Below, piece after piece: positions 37,145 to 46,472 of a stretch of DNA of 64,000 nt. Source of the DNA: an uncultured Alphaproteobacteria bacterium (lineage in GTDB: Bacteria > Pseudomonadota > Alphaproteobacteria > Reyranellales > Reyranellaceae); NCBI GenBank assembly GCA_963820155.1, contig CAWFYW010000017.1:651020-715019 (forward strand). Direction: 5' to 3'. The position numbers and the translations under genes were made by a program. The stretch's first letter is position 1. Each line of letters begins with the position of its first letter. The notes under the pieces were generated by a model. That model was not told where the DNA came from. It was given only the letters and a program-made list of their open reading frames with translations, and searched no databases.

Positions 37145-37834
37145 TCAGGCGACGACGGGCAGCGCCTGCACCTCGTAGGCGTGCGAGAGCCGGCGGCCCA
37201 GCACGGGGTCCTCGAGCTCCATCTCGAAGCGCGCCGCGGGCCGGATGTCGCCGATCGCCGGCATGGTGCCGCAGAACATCGCGACGCCCGCCGGCAATCG
37301 CTTGTCGCCGTTGCGCCAGCCCGCGATCAATTCGCGCGGCAGACGAATCTTGGCCAGCGTGCCCTCCTGGTAGACCGTCCTCTTGCCGCCCTCGCCGACG
37401 AAGCTGCGCAGCACCAGCTTGTCCCAATGCGGCTCGACCTCCTCGAAGCGCCAGGCCGTGCGGCCGATGACCTTCGGGCAGACCTGCTTGGAGGCCGCCA
37501 CGCCGTAGCTCTCGAGCTTGCGGTCGGTATGGTCGGAGCCGACCGTGACCCACAGCCGGTCGGGCGTGCCCACCAGCACCGGCTCGACCTCGCCCGACGT
37601 GTCGTCGCCCAGCACCTGCACGGTCTCGGCCTGCGTCAGCAGGTTGGCGGTCACGCGATAGTAAAGCGGCACCTTCGACGGGGGCTGCACGCCGATCGCC
37701 TTCAGCTCCTCGATGTGATGGTTGAGCGCCTCGACGTCGCGGCCGGTCCAGCCGGCGATCACCAGATTGTCGATCTCGACGGCGACTTTCTCGATTCCGC
37801 CCTGGGCGGCGCCGCCGAATTCCAGGCGCGCCAT
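37145..37834 (-). CDS. DUF2848 family protein
   Basis: IAGWTGRD..A..HHIEEL..IGV.PP..VPLYY, SGEVE, VGSDHTDR, KQVCPK. Confidence 0.85.
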   Translation of the reverse strand: MARLEFGGAAQGGIEKVAVEIDNLVIAGWTGRDVEALNHHIEELKAIGVQPPSKVPLYYRVTANLLTQAETVQVLGDDTSGEVEPVLVGTPDRLWVTVGSDHTDRKLESYGVAASKQVCPKVIGRTAWRFEEVEPHWDKLVLRSFVGEGGKRTVYQEGTLAKIRLPRELIAGWRNGDKRLPAGVAMFCGTMPAIGDIRPAARFEMELEDPVLGRRLSHAYEVQALPVVA

Positions 37835-37835
37835 G

Positions 37836-38639
37836 TCAGAGGATGGCGAGCTGCGAATTCAGCAGGTCGGTCACCAGCATGTAGCCCGGCGCGTGGGTGA
37901 TGCAGAACTCGGGCTTCACCGTCGCCACGACCGACTGCGGGGTGACGCCGCAGGCCCAGAACACCGGCAGCTCGTCGTCGCGCACCGGCACCGCATCGCC
38001 ATAGTCGGGCTTGGCGATGTCCTTGATGCCGATCATCTCGGGCTTGCCGAGATGCACCGGCGCGCCATGCACCGAGGGGAAGCGCGTCGTCACCTGCACG
38101 GCGCGGATCGCGTCGGCCGGCGTGAAGGGCCGCATCGACACCACCATCGGCCCATGGAACGGCCCGGACGGCTTGCAGTCGATGTTGGTGCGGTACATCG
38201 GCACGTTGGTGTTGCAGGTGATGTGCCGGATATCGAGCCCGTTCTCGATCAGCGCCTCCTCGAACGAGAAGGAGCAGCCCAGCACGAACGACACCAGGTC
38301 GTCGCGCCACACCTTCTTGAGGTCGGTGACCTCCTCGACCAGCTCGCCCTTCTTCCAGACGCGGTAGAGCGGAATGTCGGTGCGGATGTCGAGGTCCTCG
38401 CCCAGCGGCGGCAGGCGCCAGTCGCCCGGCTCCGACGAGGCCAGCAGCGGGCAGGGCTTGGGATTGAGCTGGCAGAAGCGCGCGAAGTCGGCGGCCAGTT
38501 CCTGGGGCAGGATCGCGAGGTTGCCCTGCACGTAGCCCGGCGCTAGTCCCGAGGTCGGCAGGCGATGGCCGCCGGCGCGGATGCGGCGGCGCGCGTCGCG
38601 TCCGGTCTCGCCCTTGAAGGTGGTGATCGTGGTGTCCAT
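37836..38639 (-). CDS. DUF1445 putative hydro-lyase (D-glutamate cyclase/YcsI-like)
   Basis: [53 protein letters not shown]. Confidence 0.85.
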   Translation of the reverse strand: MDTTITTFKGETGRDARRRIRAGGHRLPTSGLAPGYVQGNLAILPQELAADFARFCQLNPKPCPLLASSEPGDWRLPPLGEDLDIRTDIPLYRVWKKGELVEEVTDLKKVWRDDLVSFVLGCSFSFEEALIENGLDIRHITCNTNVPMYRTNIDCKPSGPFHGPMVVSMRPFTPADAIRAVQVTTRFPSVHGAPVHLGKPEMIGIKDIAKPDYGDAVPVRDDELPVFWACGVTPQSVVATVKPEFCITHAPGYMLVTDLLNSQLAIL

Positions 38640-38649
38640 GGCGATACTC

Positions 38650-39405
38650 CTACACGTGCTGGCCGCCGTTGATCTGGATCTCGGCGCCGCTCACATAGCT
38701 CGCGCCCTTCTCGCACAGGAAGTGGATGACGTCAGCCACCTCGTCGGGCGTGCCCAGCCGGCGCATGGGGATCTGGTTCTCGACGATCTTCTCGGTGCCG
38801 GGCGAGAGGATGGCGGTGTCGATCTCGCCGGGGGCGATGGCATTGACGCGAATGCCGCGCGGCCCGAAATCGTGCGCCATCTCGCGCGTCAGCGCCGCCA
38901 GCGCGGCCTTCGAGGTGGCATAGGCGGAGCCCGCGAAGGGATGCACGCGACTGCCGGCGATCGAGGTGACGTTCACGACCGCGCCGTGCGCCGCCGACAG
39001 CTCGTCGACCAAGCCGCGCGCCAGCGCCACCGGCGCGAAGAAATTCACGTTGAACACCTGGCGCCACAGGTCGAAGGGCGTGTCCATGGCGCCAAGCCGC
39101 CCGCCCTGGGCGTTCTTGGGCGAGATCGCTGCGTTGTTGACCAGCGCGTCCAGCTTGCCGCCCGCCAGCGCGCGGATCTGCTCGATGCCGCGCCCGATAT
39201 CGACCGGATCGGCCAGGTCGAGCTGCACATGGTTCTCGCCGCCGCTCGGCCACGGGCAGAGCGCGCTGAAGGGCTGGCGCGAGACGGTGATCACCCGCCA
39301 GCCGCCGGCGCTGAATTTCTTCACCGTCGCATGTCCGATGCCGCGGCTCGCGCCGGTCAGCACCAGGGTTCGGACGTTGTCGTGCAGGCTTGCCGCTTTC
39401 ATCAT
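38650..39405 (-). CDS. Short-chain dehydrogenase/reductase
   Basis: [26 protein letters not shown]. Confidence 0.9.
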   Translation of the reverse strand: MMKAASLHDNVRTLVLTGASRGIGHATVKKFSAGGWRVITVSRQPFSALCPWPSGGENHVQLDLADPVDIGRGIEQIRALAGGKLDALVNNAAISPKNAQGGRLGAMDTPFDLWRQVFNVNFFAPVALARGLVDELSAAHGAVVNVTSIAGSRVHPFAGSAYATSKAALAALTREMAHDFGPRGIRVNAIAPGEIDTAILSPGTEKIVENQIPMRRLGTPDEVADVIHFLCEKGASYVSGAEIQINGGQHV

Positions 39406-39423
39406 GCGCGATCCTACCCTGCC

Positions 39424-39450
39424 TTGACGTCAATATCGCGACCGATATTG
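39424..39450. promoter_or_regulatory. Overlapping palindromes upstream of the SDR operon (candidate operator)
   Basis: TTGACGTCAA (39424-39433) overlaps CAATATCG-N4-CGATATTG (39431-39450). Confidence 0.4.
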
Positions 39451-39663
39451 GCGACGCGGACCATAGGAAGGGTCTGTCGGCGGATCGGACCGCGACCCGT
39501 TGTAGTTTTGAGTGGAATCATCGCTTCCGCCATTAACTCATTGTCATTGCATCATTTTTTCTTGAGTTTGGCGGGCGCGCGATCTATGGTGCTGCCGCCT
39601 CGGCCCATCATTTCCGGGTCGTTTGGCTGATGTTTTGACGAAGCAATTTTGGAGTGGTCCGTC

Positions 39664-39837
39664 ATGTCGGACAAACGCCGGGCGCAAGGCCACACGCCTG
39701 TTTTGCGCACCCGCCCTGCCACCATGCTGACCGCGATCGGCCTGTGCGTGCTCATCATGATCCTGCAGCTCGTGCCGGAGTTCCGTGACGGCGGCTGGAG
39801 CCGGCTGGCCGCGCCGTCCCTGTCGGCCGTGCAATAG
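39664..39837 (+). CDS. Putative 57-aa single-TM small protein
   Basis: GGAG RBS, ATG, basic N-terminus, hydrophobic MLTAIGLCVLIMILQLV. No family recognised. Confidence 0.4.
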   Translation: MSDKRRAQGHTPVLRTRPATMLTAIGLCVLIMILQLVPEFRDGGWSRLAAPSLSAVQ

Positions 39838-39909
39838 CTTCTTCGCCATTGGGGCGCTTGTGCGCCCGCCCGGGAACGCGCATCTAGAAGCTCAGGTTTG
39901 CGCGTGGCC

Positions 39910-41811
39910 ATGTCCCAAGACAACGTCCAGGCCCTGCCGCTCGGCACGCGGCTCGGCGACTACCGGCTCGACGCGATGATCGGGCACGGCGGCTTTGGCA
40001 TCACCTATCGTGCCTTCGACACGCAGCTCGCCAAGATCGTCGCCATCAAGGAATACCTGCCGGTCGAGTTCGCCATCCGCCGCAACGACGGCCAGGTCGT
40101 GCCACGCGGCGCGCGCTTCGCTGACGATTTCGCCTGGGGCCGTGAGCGCTTCCTCGACGAGGCGCGCGCGCTGGCGCGCTTTCGCCATCCGCACATCGTT
40201 CCCGTGCTGCGCTACTTCGAGGCCAACGGCACGGCCTATACCGTCATGGAGTTCGAGGACGGCCGGAGCTTGGGCGAGTTGTTGCGCGAGCCCGGCCGCC
40301 GGGTGTCGCCCGAGGATGTGCGGCGCCTCGCCGAGGGCCTGCTGAGCGGCCTTGGCACCGTGCACGCCCAGGACTTTCTTCACCGCGACATCAAGCCGTC
40401 GAACATCATGATCCGCCGCGACGGCGTTCCCATCCTCATCGATTTCGGCGCGGCGCGTCAGGCGATGGGCGAACGCACGCGCACCTTGACTGGCGTGCTG
40501 ACGCCGCAATACGCGCCGATCGAGCAATATGCGCTCGACGGCAAGCAGGGTCCCTGGAGCGACCTCTATTCCGCCGCGGCGGTCCTGCATCATGCGATCG
40601 CCGGGCGCCCGCCGCCCGATGCCGCCGCGCGCGCCAGCAAGGATCCCTATCGGCCGCTGGCGGATACCCACGTCGACCGCTTCGAGCCGGCGTTTCTCGC
40701 CGCCGTCGACCGCGCGCTCGCCTTCGCGCCGGCCGAGCGGCCGCAAAGCATCGCCGAATGGCGCACGCTGTTCGGCGCCTCGCTGCGCCGCGCCATGGAT
40801 GCGCCGACCCAGCGTCTCGTGCCGGACAGCGGCGTGGCGCCGCCGCGGCTGGGAGGCGTGAGCCGCGAAGCCGGCGAGCCCACCGTGGTGGATCCGCCGC
40901 CGCGGCGGAGTCGCCCCACGGCCTGGATCGTCGCCGTCCTGATCGCTGCCGCGGCGGTGGCTCTGTGGCGTTTTCAGCCCGAGATCACCGCGCTGCTCGC
41001 GGGCGCGCCGGCCGGCCAGACCGCGGCCTCGCGCGAGAGCGCGACGCCCGCGCCACCGCCGGTCGTCCCGCAGCCCTCGACGTCACAGTCCGCCGCATCA
41101 CAACCCGCCGCGCCACCGGCCAGCCCTGTGCCGTCGACCGCGCCGGCAGCCGAACGCTCGAGCGAGAAGGCGATCGTCGACCAGGCGCGCCGCGCGGCGG
41201 CTGAGGCCAAGGCGATGCTGCAGCGCGCGGACGAGGCCGCGCGCGCGGCGCGCTCGATGGCGGGCGAGGCGCGCATCGCGGCCGCGCGGGCGGGACAGCC
41301 CGATCTCGAGAACGCCCAGCGACTGTCGTACGAGGGCGGCGCGAGCTATATCGGCCAGGTCGCCGACGGCAAGCGCCAAGGCCTCGGCGTGGCCGAGCTT
41401 GCGAACGGCGAGCGCCAGGCCGGCGAATGGCAGGCCGACCGGCTGAATGGCCTGGGCACGGTGCAGCTTGCCGACGGGACGCGCTACGCCGGCCAATGGC
41501 GCGACGGCCAGTCGACGGGCCTCGGCGTGCGCGGAAAGCCGAAGCTCGACCGGGCCGAAGGCAATTTCGTCGACGGCCGCCTCGAAGGCCTCGCCGTGCG
41601 CCGCACCCTTGCCGAGCCTAATGTGGTCCGATCCGGCACCTTCCATGGTGATGCCCTGGAGGGACCGGGCGTCGAGTCGGTGGGTGACCGCGAGCGCTAC
41701 GAAGGCGGCTTCCGCGATGGAAAGCGCGACGGCTACGGGCAACTCACGACCGACGGAAAGACGGTCGCCGGTCGCTGGCAGGCGGGAAAGCTCGTCGAAT
41801 CAGCGCCGTAG
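39910..41811 (+). CDS. Hanks-type Ser/Thr protein kinase with TM and C-terminal MORN repeats
   Basis: GHGGFGITY, AIKEY, HRDIKPSN, DFG, YAPIEQ, SDLYS, TM WIVAVLIAAAAVALW, YxGxWxDGxxxGxG repeats. Confidence 0.9.
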   Translation: MSQDNVQALPLGTRLGDYRLDAMIGHGGFGITYRAFDTQLAKIVAIKEYLPVEFAIRRNDGQVVPRGARFADDFAWGRERFLDEARALARFRHPHIVPVLRYFEANGTAYTVMEFEDGRSLGELLREPGRRVSPEDVRRLAEGLLSGLGTVHAQDFLHRDIKPSNIMIRRDGVPILIDFGAARQAMGERTRTLTGVLTPQYAPIEQYALDGKQGPWSDLYSAAAVLHHAIAGRPPPDAAARASKDPYRPLADTHVDRFEPAFLAAVDRALAFAPAERPQSIAEWRTLFGASLRRAMDAPTQRLVPDSGVAPPRLGGVSREAGEPTVVDPPPRRSRPTAWIVAVLIAAAAVALWRFQPEITALLAGAPAGQTAASRESATPAPPPVVPQPSTSQSAASQPAAPPASPVPSTAPAAERSSEKAIVDQARRAAAEAKAMLQRADEAARAARSMAGEARIAAARAGQPDLENAQRLSYEGGASYIGQVADGKRQGLGVAELANGERQAGEWQADRLNGLGTVQLADGTRYAGQWRDGQSTGLGVRGKPKLDRAEGNFVDGRLEGLAVRRTLAEPNVVRSGTFHGDALEGPGVESVGDRERYEGGFRDGKRDGYGQLTTDGKTVAGRWQAGKLVESAP

Positions 41812-41816
41812 GCGGC

Positions 41817-41831
41817 TGGCATGGAAGTTGC
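41817..41831 (+). promoter_or_regulatory. Sigma-54 promoter of nasT
   Basis: TGGCAT-GGAAG-TTGC with exact -24 GG / -12 GC spacing. Confidence 0.75.
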
Positions 41832-41865
41832 GGCCCGCGGGGTGGAATTCAATTCATCCGCGACC

Positions 41866-42453
41866 GTGACCAAGACGCTGTCCGTTCTGTTGATCGATGA
41901 CAATCCAGCCCGCGCCGAAATCGTCGAGGCGGGCCTGGCGAGCGCGGGCTACGTCCTGCTGGCGCGGTTGAGCGGCACGCACGACCTGCCGGCGCGCGTC
42001 GATGAACTGCAACCGGATGTCATCGTCGTCAGCATCGAGAGTCCCAGTCGCGATGCGATCGAGGACATGCGGCGCAGCACCGAGCAGCGGCCGCGGCCGA
42101 TCGCCCTGTTCGCCGACCGCTCCGACCCGGCCACCATTGCCGCCGCCATGGAAGCCGGCGTCTCGGCCTATGTCGTCAAGGGTCTGGCGGAGGACCGCGT
42201 GCAATCCGTCGTCGACGTCGCGGTCGCCCATTTCAATCGCTATCACACCATGCGCGAGGAGCTCGATCGCGCGCGCCTGTCGCTGGTCGAGCGCAAGACG
42301 GTCGATCGCGCCAAGGGCCTTCTGATGGAACAGAAGGGATTGAACGAGGAGGCGGCCTATCGGCTGCTGCGCAAGCTTGCCATGGACCAGAACAAGCGTA
42401 TCGGCGAGGTCGCGCGCGACATCGTCACCTATGCCCGCGTGCTGAAAACGTGA
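41866..42453 (+). CDS. nasT: ANTAR-domain response regulator
   Basis: REC-like LLIDDN, ANTAR ERKTVDRAKGLLM..KGLNEEAAYRLLRKLAMDQN. GTG start chosen because the ATG at 41821 lies inside the promoter. Confidence 0.9.
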   Translation: MTKTLSVLLIDDNPARAEIVEAGLASAGYVLLARLSGTHDLPARVDELQPDVIVVSIESPSRDAIEDMRRSTEQRPRPIALFADRSDPATIAAAMEAGVSAYVVKGLAEDRVQSVVDVAVAHFNRYHTMREELDRARLSLVERKTVDRAKGLLMEQKGLNEEAAYRLLRKLAMDQNKRIGEVARDIVTYARVLKT

Positions 42454-42609
42454 TCGCGGCCTGCTGCCCGCCGAACGGTCAGGCTGCATAGGCGGGCATC
42501 ACGGGCGATCGGCGCGGACTCCGCCCGATACGGCATTGATCCTGCGCGGAAACGCAAAAGCCCATTCATTCCAGCGGCTTATTTCGATCGAAAGGGCGGC
42601 GTCGATGCT

Positions 42610-42624
42610 TGGCATGCTTCCTGC
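42610..42624 (+). promoter_or_regulatory. Sigma-54 promoter of the nasS-nrtABC-nirA-nasA operon
   Basis: TGGCAT-GCTTC-CTGC with correct -24/-12 spacing. Confidence 0.7.
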
Positions 42625-42642
42625 TGCCTCTTCGGCAGTATC

Positions 42643-42784
42643 GCGGCGCGCCATCGACGGTGTGCCGCGTCTTCGGATCCGATGACGGGTCCTTCCTGAT
42701 TTTGATTGGCGGGCCAAAGGCGGCACGCCGGCGGACATCGACGTCCTGCTCGGCCGGTTCAACCGGCCGGCATGGGCGTTTTTT
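42643..42784 (+). promoter_or_regulatory. ANTAR antitermination leader (tandem hexaloop hairpins overlapping an intrinsic terminator)
   Basis: gcc-AAAGGC-ggc (42713-42724) and ggac-ATCGAC-gtcc (42733-42746) have A1/G4 loops. The second overlaps terminator cgtcctgc...catgggcg-TTTTTT. An extra pair lies at 42643-42692. Confidence 0.8.
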
Positions 42785-42813
42785 GTGTTGGTTCGAGTGG
42801 GAGTGCTGGCGTG

Positions 42814-43950
42814 ATGGCTGATCTGGAGCGATCAACTCTGACCCTGGGCATCATCCCTCTGGTCGACTGCGCGCCGATCGTGCTGGCCGAGGAGCTGGGT
42901 GCGTTCGAGCGCCAGGGCCTCGAGGTCGAGATCCGCCGCGAGGCGTCATGGGCGACGATCCGAGACAAGGTGGCGCTCGGTCTGCTCGACGCGGCGCAGA
43001 TGCTGGCGCCCATGCCGCTCGCCGCCACGCTCGGCATCGACAGCGTGAATGTGCCGATGGTCGCCGCCATGACGCTCGACCTCAACGGCAACGCCATCAC
43101 GCTGTCGCAAGCGCTGTGGCGGGAGATCGAGCAGGCCGCACCCGGGCTTGCCGCCGGCGGACCGCTCGATGCGCGTGCGCTGGCCGCCGTCGTGCGCGCT
43201 CGCGCGGCGGCCGGACGCGCGCCGCTGGCGCTGGCGTCGGTCTTTCCGTTCTCCTCGCACAACTACCTGCTGCGGCTGTGGCTCGCCTCGGGCGGCATCG
43301 ATCCCGATCGCGACGTACGGCTGAGCGTCGTGCCGCCGCCCCACATGGTCGCCCACCTGTCGGGCGGCGTCATCGACGGCTACTGCGTGGGCGAGCCGTG
43401 GAACCAGCAGGCGGCCTCGCTCGGCATCGGCCGCATCGCCGTGACCGGCCATCATCTGTGGAAGGCGATGCCGGAAAAGGTGCTGGGGACGACCGAAGCC
43501 TGGGCGCAGCGTCATCCCAACACGCTTGTCGCGCTGGTCAAGGCGCTGATCGAAGCCTGCGCCTGGCTCGACGAACCGGACAACCGCACCGAGGCCGCCC
43601 GTGTGCTGGCCAGCCCGCGTTACGTCAACGCGCCGGCCGAGATCATCGCGCGCTCCCTGGCGATGCCGGACTTCCACATCTTTCATCGCGGCGACGCCAA
43701 CTTCCCCTGGCTCAGCCACGGCGACTGGTTCCTGGCGCAGATGGTGCGCTGGGGTCAGGCGAACGCCGCCGACCTTGGCGGCGTCGCCCGCCGCGTCTTC
43801 CGTCCCGACGTTTATCGCGCGGCGGCGGCCGATCTGGGCGTGGCCTGCCCGGCCGAGGACCGCAAGCCGCCCGGCGCGCACGGCGAGCCGGCTGTTCCGC
43901 CGTCCGTTGAATCGACCGCCGCCAGGCAGACCGCCTTCAAGGTCAAGTAA
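42814..43950 (+). CDS. nasS: Nitrate sensor / anti-antiterminator (NrtA-like, cytoplasmic)
   Basis: [48 protein letters not shown]. No signal peptide; adjacent to nasT. Confidence 0.8.
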   Translation: MADLERSTLTLGIIPLVDCAPIVLAEELGAFERQGLEVEIRREASWATIRDKVALGLLDAAQMLAPMPLAATLGIDSVNVPMVAAMTLDLNGNAITLSQALWREIEQAAPGLAAGGPLDARALAAVVRARAAAGRAPLALASVFPFSSHNYLLRLWLASGGIDPDRDVRLSVVPPPHMVAHLSGGVIDGYCVGEPWNQQAASLGIGRIAVTGHHLWKAMPEKVLGTTEAWAQRHPNTLVALVKALIEACAWLDEPDNRTEAARVLASPRYVNAPAEIIARSLAMPDFHIFHRGDANFPWLSHGDWFLAQMVRWGQANAADLGGVARRVFRPDVYRAAAADLGVACPAEDRKPPGAHGEPAVPPSVESTAARQTAFKVK

Positions 43951-43969
43951 TCGAAGCAGGGAAGCACAC

Positions 43970-45373
43970 ATGACCACACGCACATCAGGCACCATCGGCC
44001 GACGGGGCATTCTGGCGGGCGCCGCCGTCGTGGCGGCGCAGGGCCTCGCGCCGCGGCGGGCACGCGCCGAGGCGCTGAAGGTCGAGAAGGACGAGCTGAA
44101 GTTCGGCTTCATCAAGCTCACCGACATGGTGCCGCTGGCCATCGCCAAGGAGAAGGGCTTCTTCGAGGACGAGGGCCTGTTCGTCACCCTGGAGCCGCAG
44201 GCCAACTGGAAGGTCCTGCTCGACCGCGTGATCACCGGCGAGCTCGACGGCGCGCACATGCTGGCCGGCCAGCCGATCGCCGCCACCATCGGCTTCGGCA
44301 CCAAGGCCCATGTCATCACGCCGTTCTCGATGGACCTGAACGGCAACGGCATCACGGTCTCCAACGAGATCTGGGCCGAGATGAAGAAGAACATCCCGGC
44401 CGGCGCCGACGGCAAGCCCGTCCATCCCATCAAGGCCAGCGCGCTCAAGCCGGTGATCGACAAGATGAAGTCCGAGGGCAAGGCCTTCAAGATGGGCATG
44501 GTCTTCCCGGTGTCGACGCACAATTACGAACTGCGCTACTGGCTGGCGTCGGGCGGCATCCATCCCGGCTTCTATTCCAGGACCGACGTCAGCGGGCAGA
44601 TCAAGGCCGAGGCGCTGCTGTCGGTGACCCCGCCGCCGCAGATGCCGGCGACCTTGCAGGCCGGCACGATCCACGGCTACTGCGTCGGCGAGCCGTGGAA
44701 CCAGCAGGCGGTGTTCAAGGGCATCGGCGTGCCGGTGATCACCGACTACGAGATCTGGAAGGACAACCCGGAAAAGGTGTTCGGCCTCACCGCCGACTTC
44801 GCCGAGAAACATCCCAACACGGTGCTCGCCATCACCAAGGCGCTGATCCGCGCCGGCATGTGGCTCGACGCCAATGGCGATGCGAATCGTGCGGAGGCGG
44901 TGACGCTGATCTCCAAGTCCGAATATGTCGGCGCCGACCGCGAGGTCATCGCCAACTCGATGACCGGCACCTTCGAGTACGAGAAGGGTGACAAGCGGCC
45001 GGTGCCCGACTTCAACGTCTTCTTCCGCTACTTCGCCACCTATCCCTACTACTCGGATGCCGTCTGGTACCTCACCCAGATGCGGCGCTGGGGGCAGATC
45101 CCCGAGCAGAAGCCGGACGCGTGGTACGCGGAGACCGCCAGGAAGGTCTATCGCCCCGACCTCTACCTCAAGGCCGCGCAGATGCTGGTCGACGAGGGCA
45201 AGGCGAAGAAGGAGGACTTTCCCTGGACCACCGACGGCTATCGCGCGCCGACGGCCGAGAACATCGACGCCATCCCCTATGACGGCCGCACGCCCAATGC
45301 CTATATCGACAGCCTCAAGATCGGGCTGAAGGGCAAGCAGACCGTCGAGGGCACCGACGTGGTCGGCGGCTGA
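43970..45373 (+). CDS. nrtA: Nitrate ABC transporter substrate-binding protein
   Basis: Tat signal [38 protein letters not shown]. Confidence 0.9.
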   Translation: MTTRTSGTIGRRGILAGAAVVAAQGLAPRRARAEALKVEKDELKFGFIKLTDMVPLAIAKEKGFFEDEGLFVTLEPQANWKVLLDRVITGELDGAHMLAGQPIAATIGFGTKAHVITPFSMDLNGNGITVSNEIWAEMKKNIPAGADGKPVHPIKASALKPVIDKMKSEGKAFKMGMVFPVSTHNYELRYWLASGGIHPGFYSRTDVSGQIKAEALLSVTPPPQMPATLQAGTIHGYCVGEPWNQQAVFKGIGVPVITDYEIWKDNPEKVFGLTADFAEKHPNTVLAITKALIRAGMWLDANGDANRAEAVTLISKSEYVGADREVIANSMTGTFEYEKGDKRPVPDFNVFFRYFATYPYYSDAVWYLTQMRRWGQIPEQKPDAWYAETARKVYRPDLYLKAAQMLVDEGKAKKEDFPWTTDGYRAPTAENIDAIPYDGRTPNAYIDSLKIGLKGKQTVEGTDVVGG

Positions 45374-45375
45374 CG

Positions 45376-46455
45376 ATGACCATCCTCAGCGACCAGGCCG
45401 GCCCGCTCACGGACGGCGATCGCCGCGAGCGGCTGTTCAGCCGCATCGCCCGGGCGGCGTTCTACCTCGACATCGTCGGGCTGGGCTGGCTCGTGCCGCT
45501 CCTGCGCATCGCCGCCGGCGACAGTCCGCGGCACCAGCTCGTCGAGCTGCGGCAGGTCCTGCTGGTGCCGCTGGCGGGCATCGTGGCCTTCCTGCTCCTG
45601 TGGGGCGTGCTCGCCCCGCAGGTGAAGACATCGCTGGGCGCCGTGCCGGGCCCGGCGCAGGTCTGGCATCAGGCTGTCAATCTCTACGACGACCACCTGG
45701 CCGAACGCGGCAAGGAGGCGGCCTTCGAGGCGCGCCAGGCCGAACGCAACCGCAAGCTCGAGGCCGAAGGCAAGGCCGACCAGGTGAAGTGGCGCGCCTA
45801 CACCGGCAAGCCGACCTATCTCGACCAGATCCTCACCAGCCTGAAGACGGTGGCGCTGGGCTTCCTGGTCGCGACCCTGATCGCGGTGCCGCTCGGCATC
45901 ATGTGCGGCCTGTCGCGCTCGGTGAGTGGCGGGCTCAATCCGCTGATCCAGATCTTCAAGCCGGTGTCGCCGCTCGCCTGGCTGCCGATCGTCACCATGG
46001 TCGTCTCCGCGCTCTATCTCGATCCGATGGACTGGCTGCCCAAGTCGCTGGTGATCTCGGCCATCACCGTCACGCTCTGCTCGCTGTGGCCCACCCTGAT
46101 CAACACCGCGCTCGGCGTGTCGTCGATCGACAGGGATCTGATGAATGTCGGCAAGGTGCTCCAGCTTTCGACCGCGACCACGGTGCGCAAGCTGGTCCTG
46201 CCCTCGGCGCTGCCGCTGATCTTCACCGAGCTCAGGCTGTCGCTCGGCGTGGGCTGGATGGTGCTGATCGCCGCCGAGATGCTGGCGCAGAATCCCGGCC
46301 TCGGGAAGTTCGTGTGGGACGAGTTCCAGAACGGCTCGTCCTCGTCGCTGGCCAAGATCATCGTGGCCGTGCTGACCATCGGCATCATCGGCTTCCTGCT
46401 CGACCGGCTGATGTTCGCCCTGCAGGCCGCCTTCACCTACGGCATGAACCGCTGA
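45376..46455 (+). CDS. nrtB: Nitrate ABC transporter permease
   Basis: [52 protein letters not shown]. Confidence 0.9.
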   Translation: MTILSDQAGPLTDGDRRERLFSRIARAAFYLDIVGLGWLVPLLRIAAGDSPRHQLVELRQVLLVPLAGIVAFLLLWGVLAPQVKTSLGAVPGPAQVWHQAVNLYDDHLAERGKEAAFEARQAERNRKLEAEGKADQVKWRAYTGKPTYLDQILTSLKTVALGFLVATLIAVPLGIMCGLSRSVSGGLNPLIQIFKPVSPLAWLPIVTMVVSALYLDPMDWLPKSLVISAITVTLCSLWPTLINTALGVSSIDRDLMNVGKVLQLSTATTVRKLVLPSALPLIFTELRLSLGVGWMVLIAAEMLAQNPGLGKFVWDEFQNGSSSSLAKIIVAVLTIGIIGFLLDRLMFALQAAFTYGMNR

Positions 46456-46472
46456 CGCGCGGGAGGCGACGC

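Noticed and set aside
39525-39545. CtrA box (TTAA-N7-TTAA)
   Set aside because: Only one TTAA half-site; the second reads TCAT.
42460-42500. NtrC enhancer upstream of the second sigma54 promoter
   Set aside because: The tgcccgcc...ggcgggca inverted repeat is real but matches the TGCACCA-N3-TGGTGCA consensus poorly. It may be the nasT terminator.
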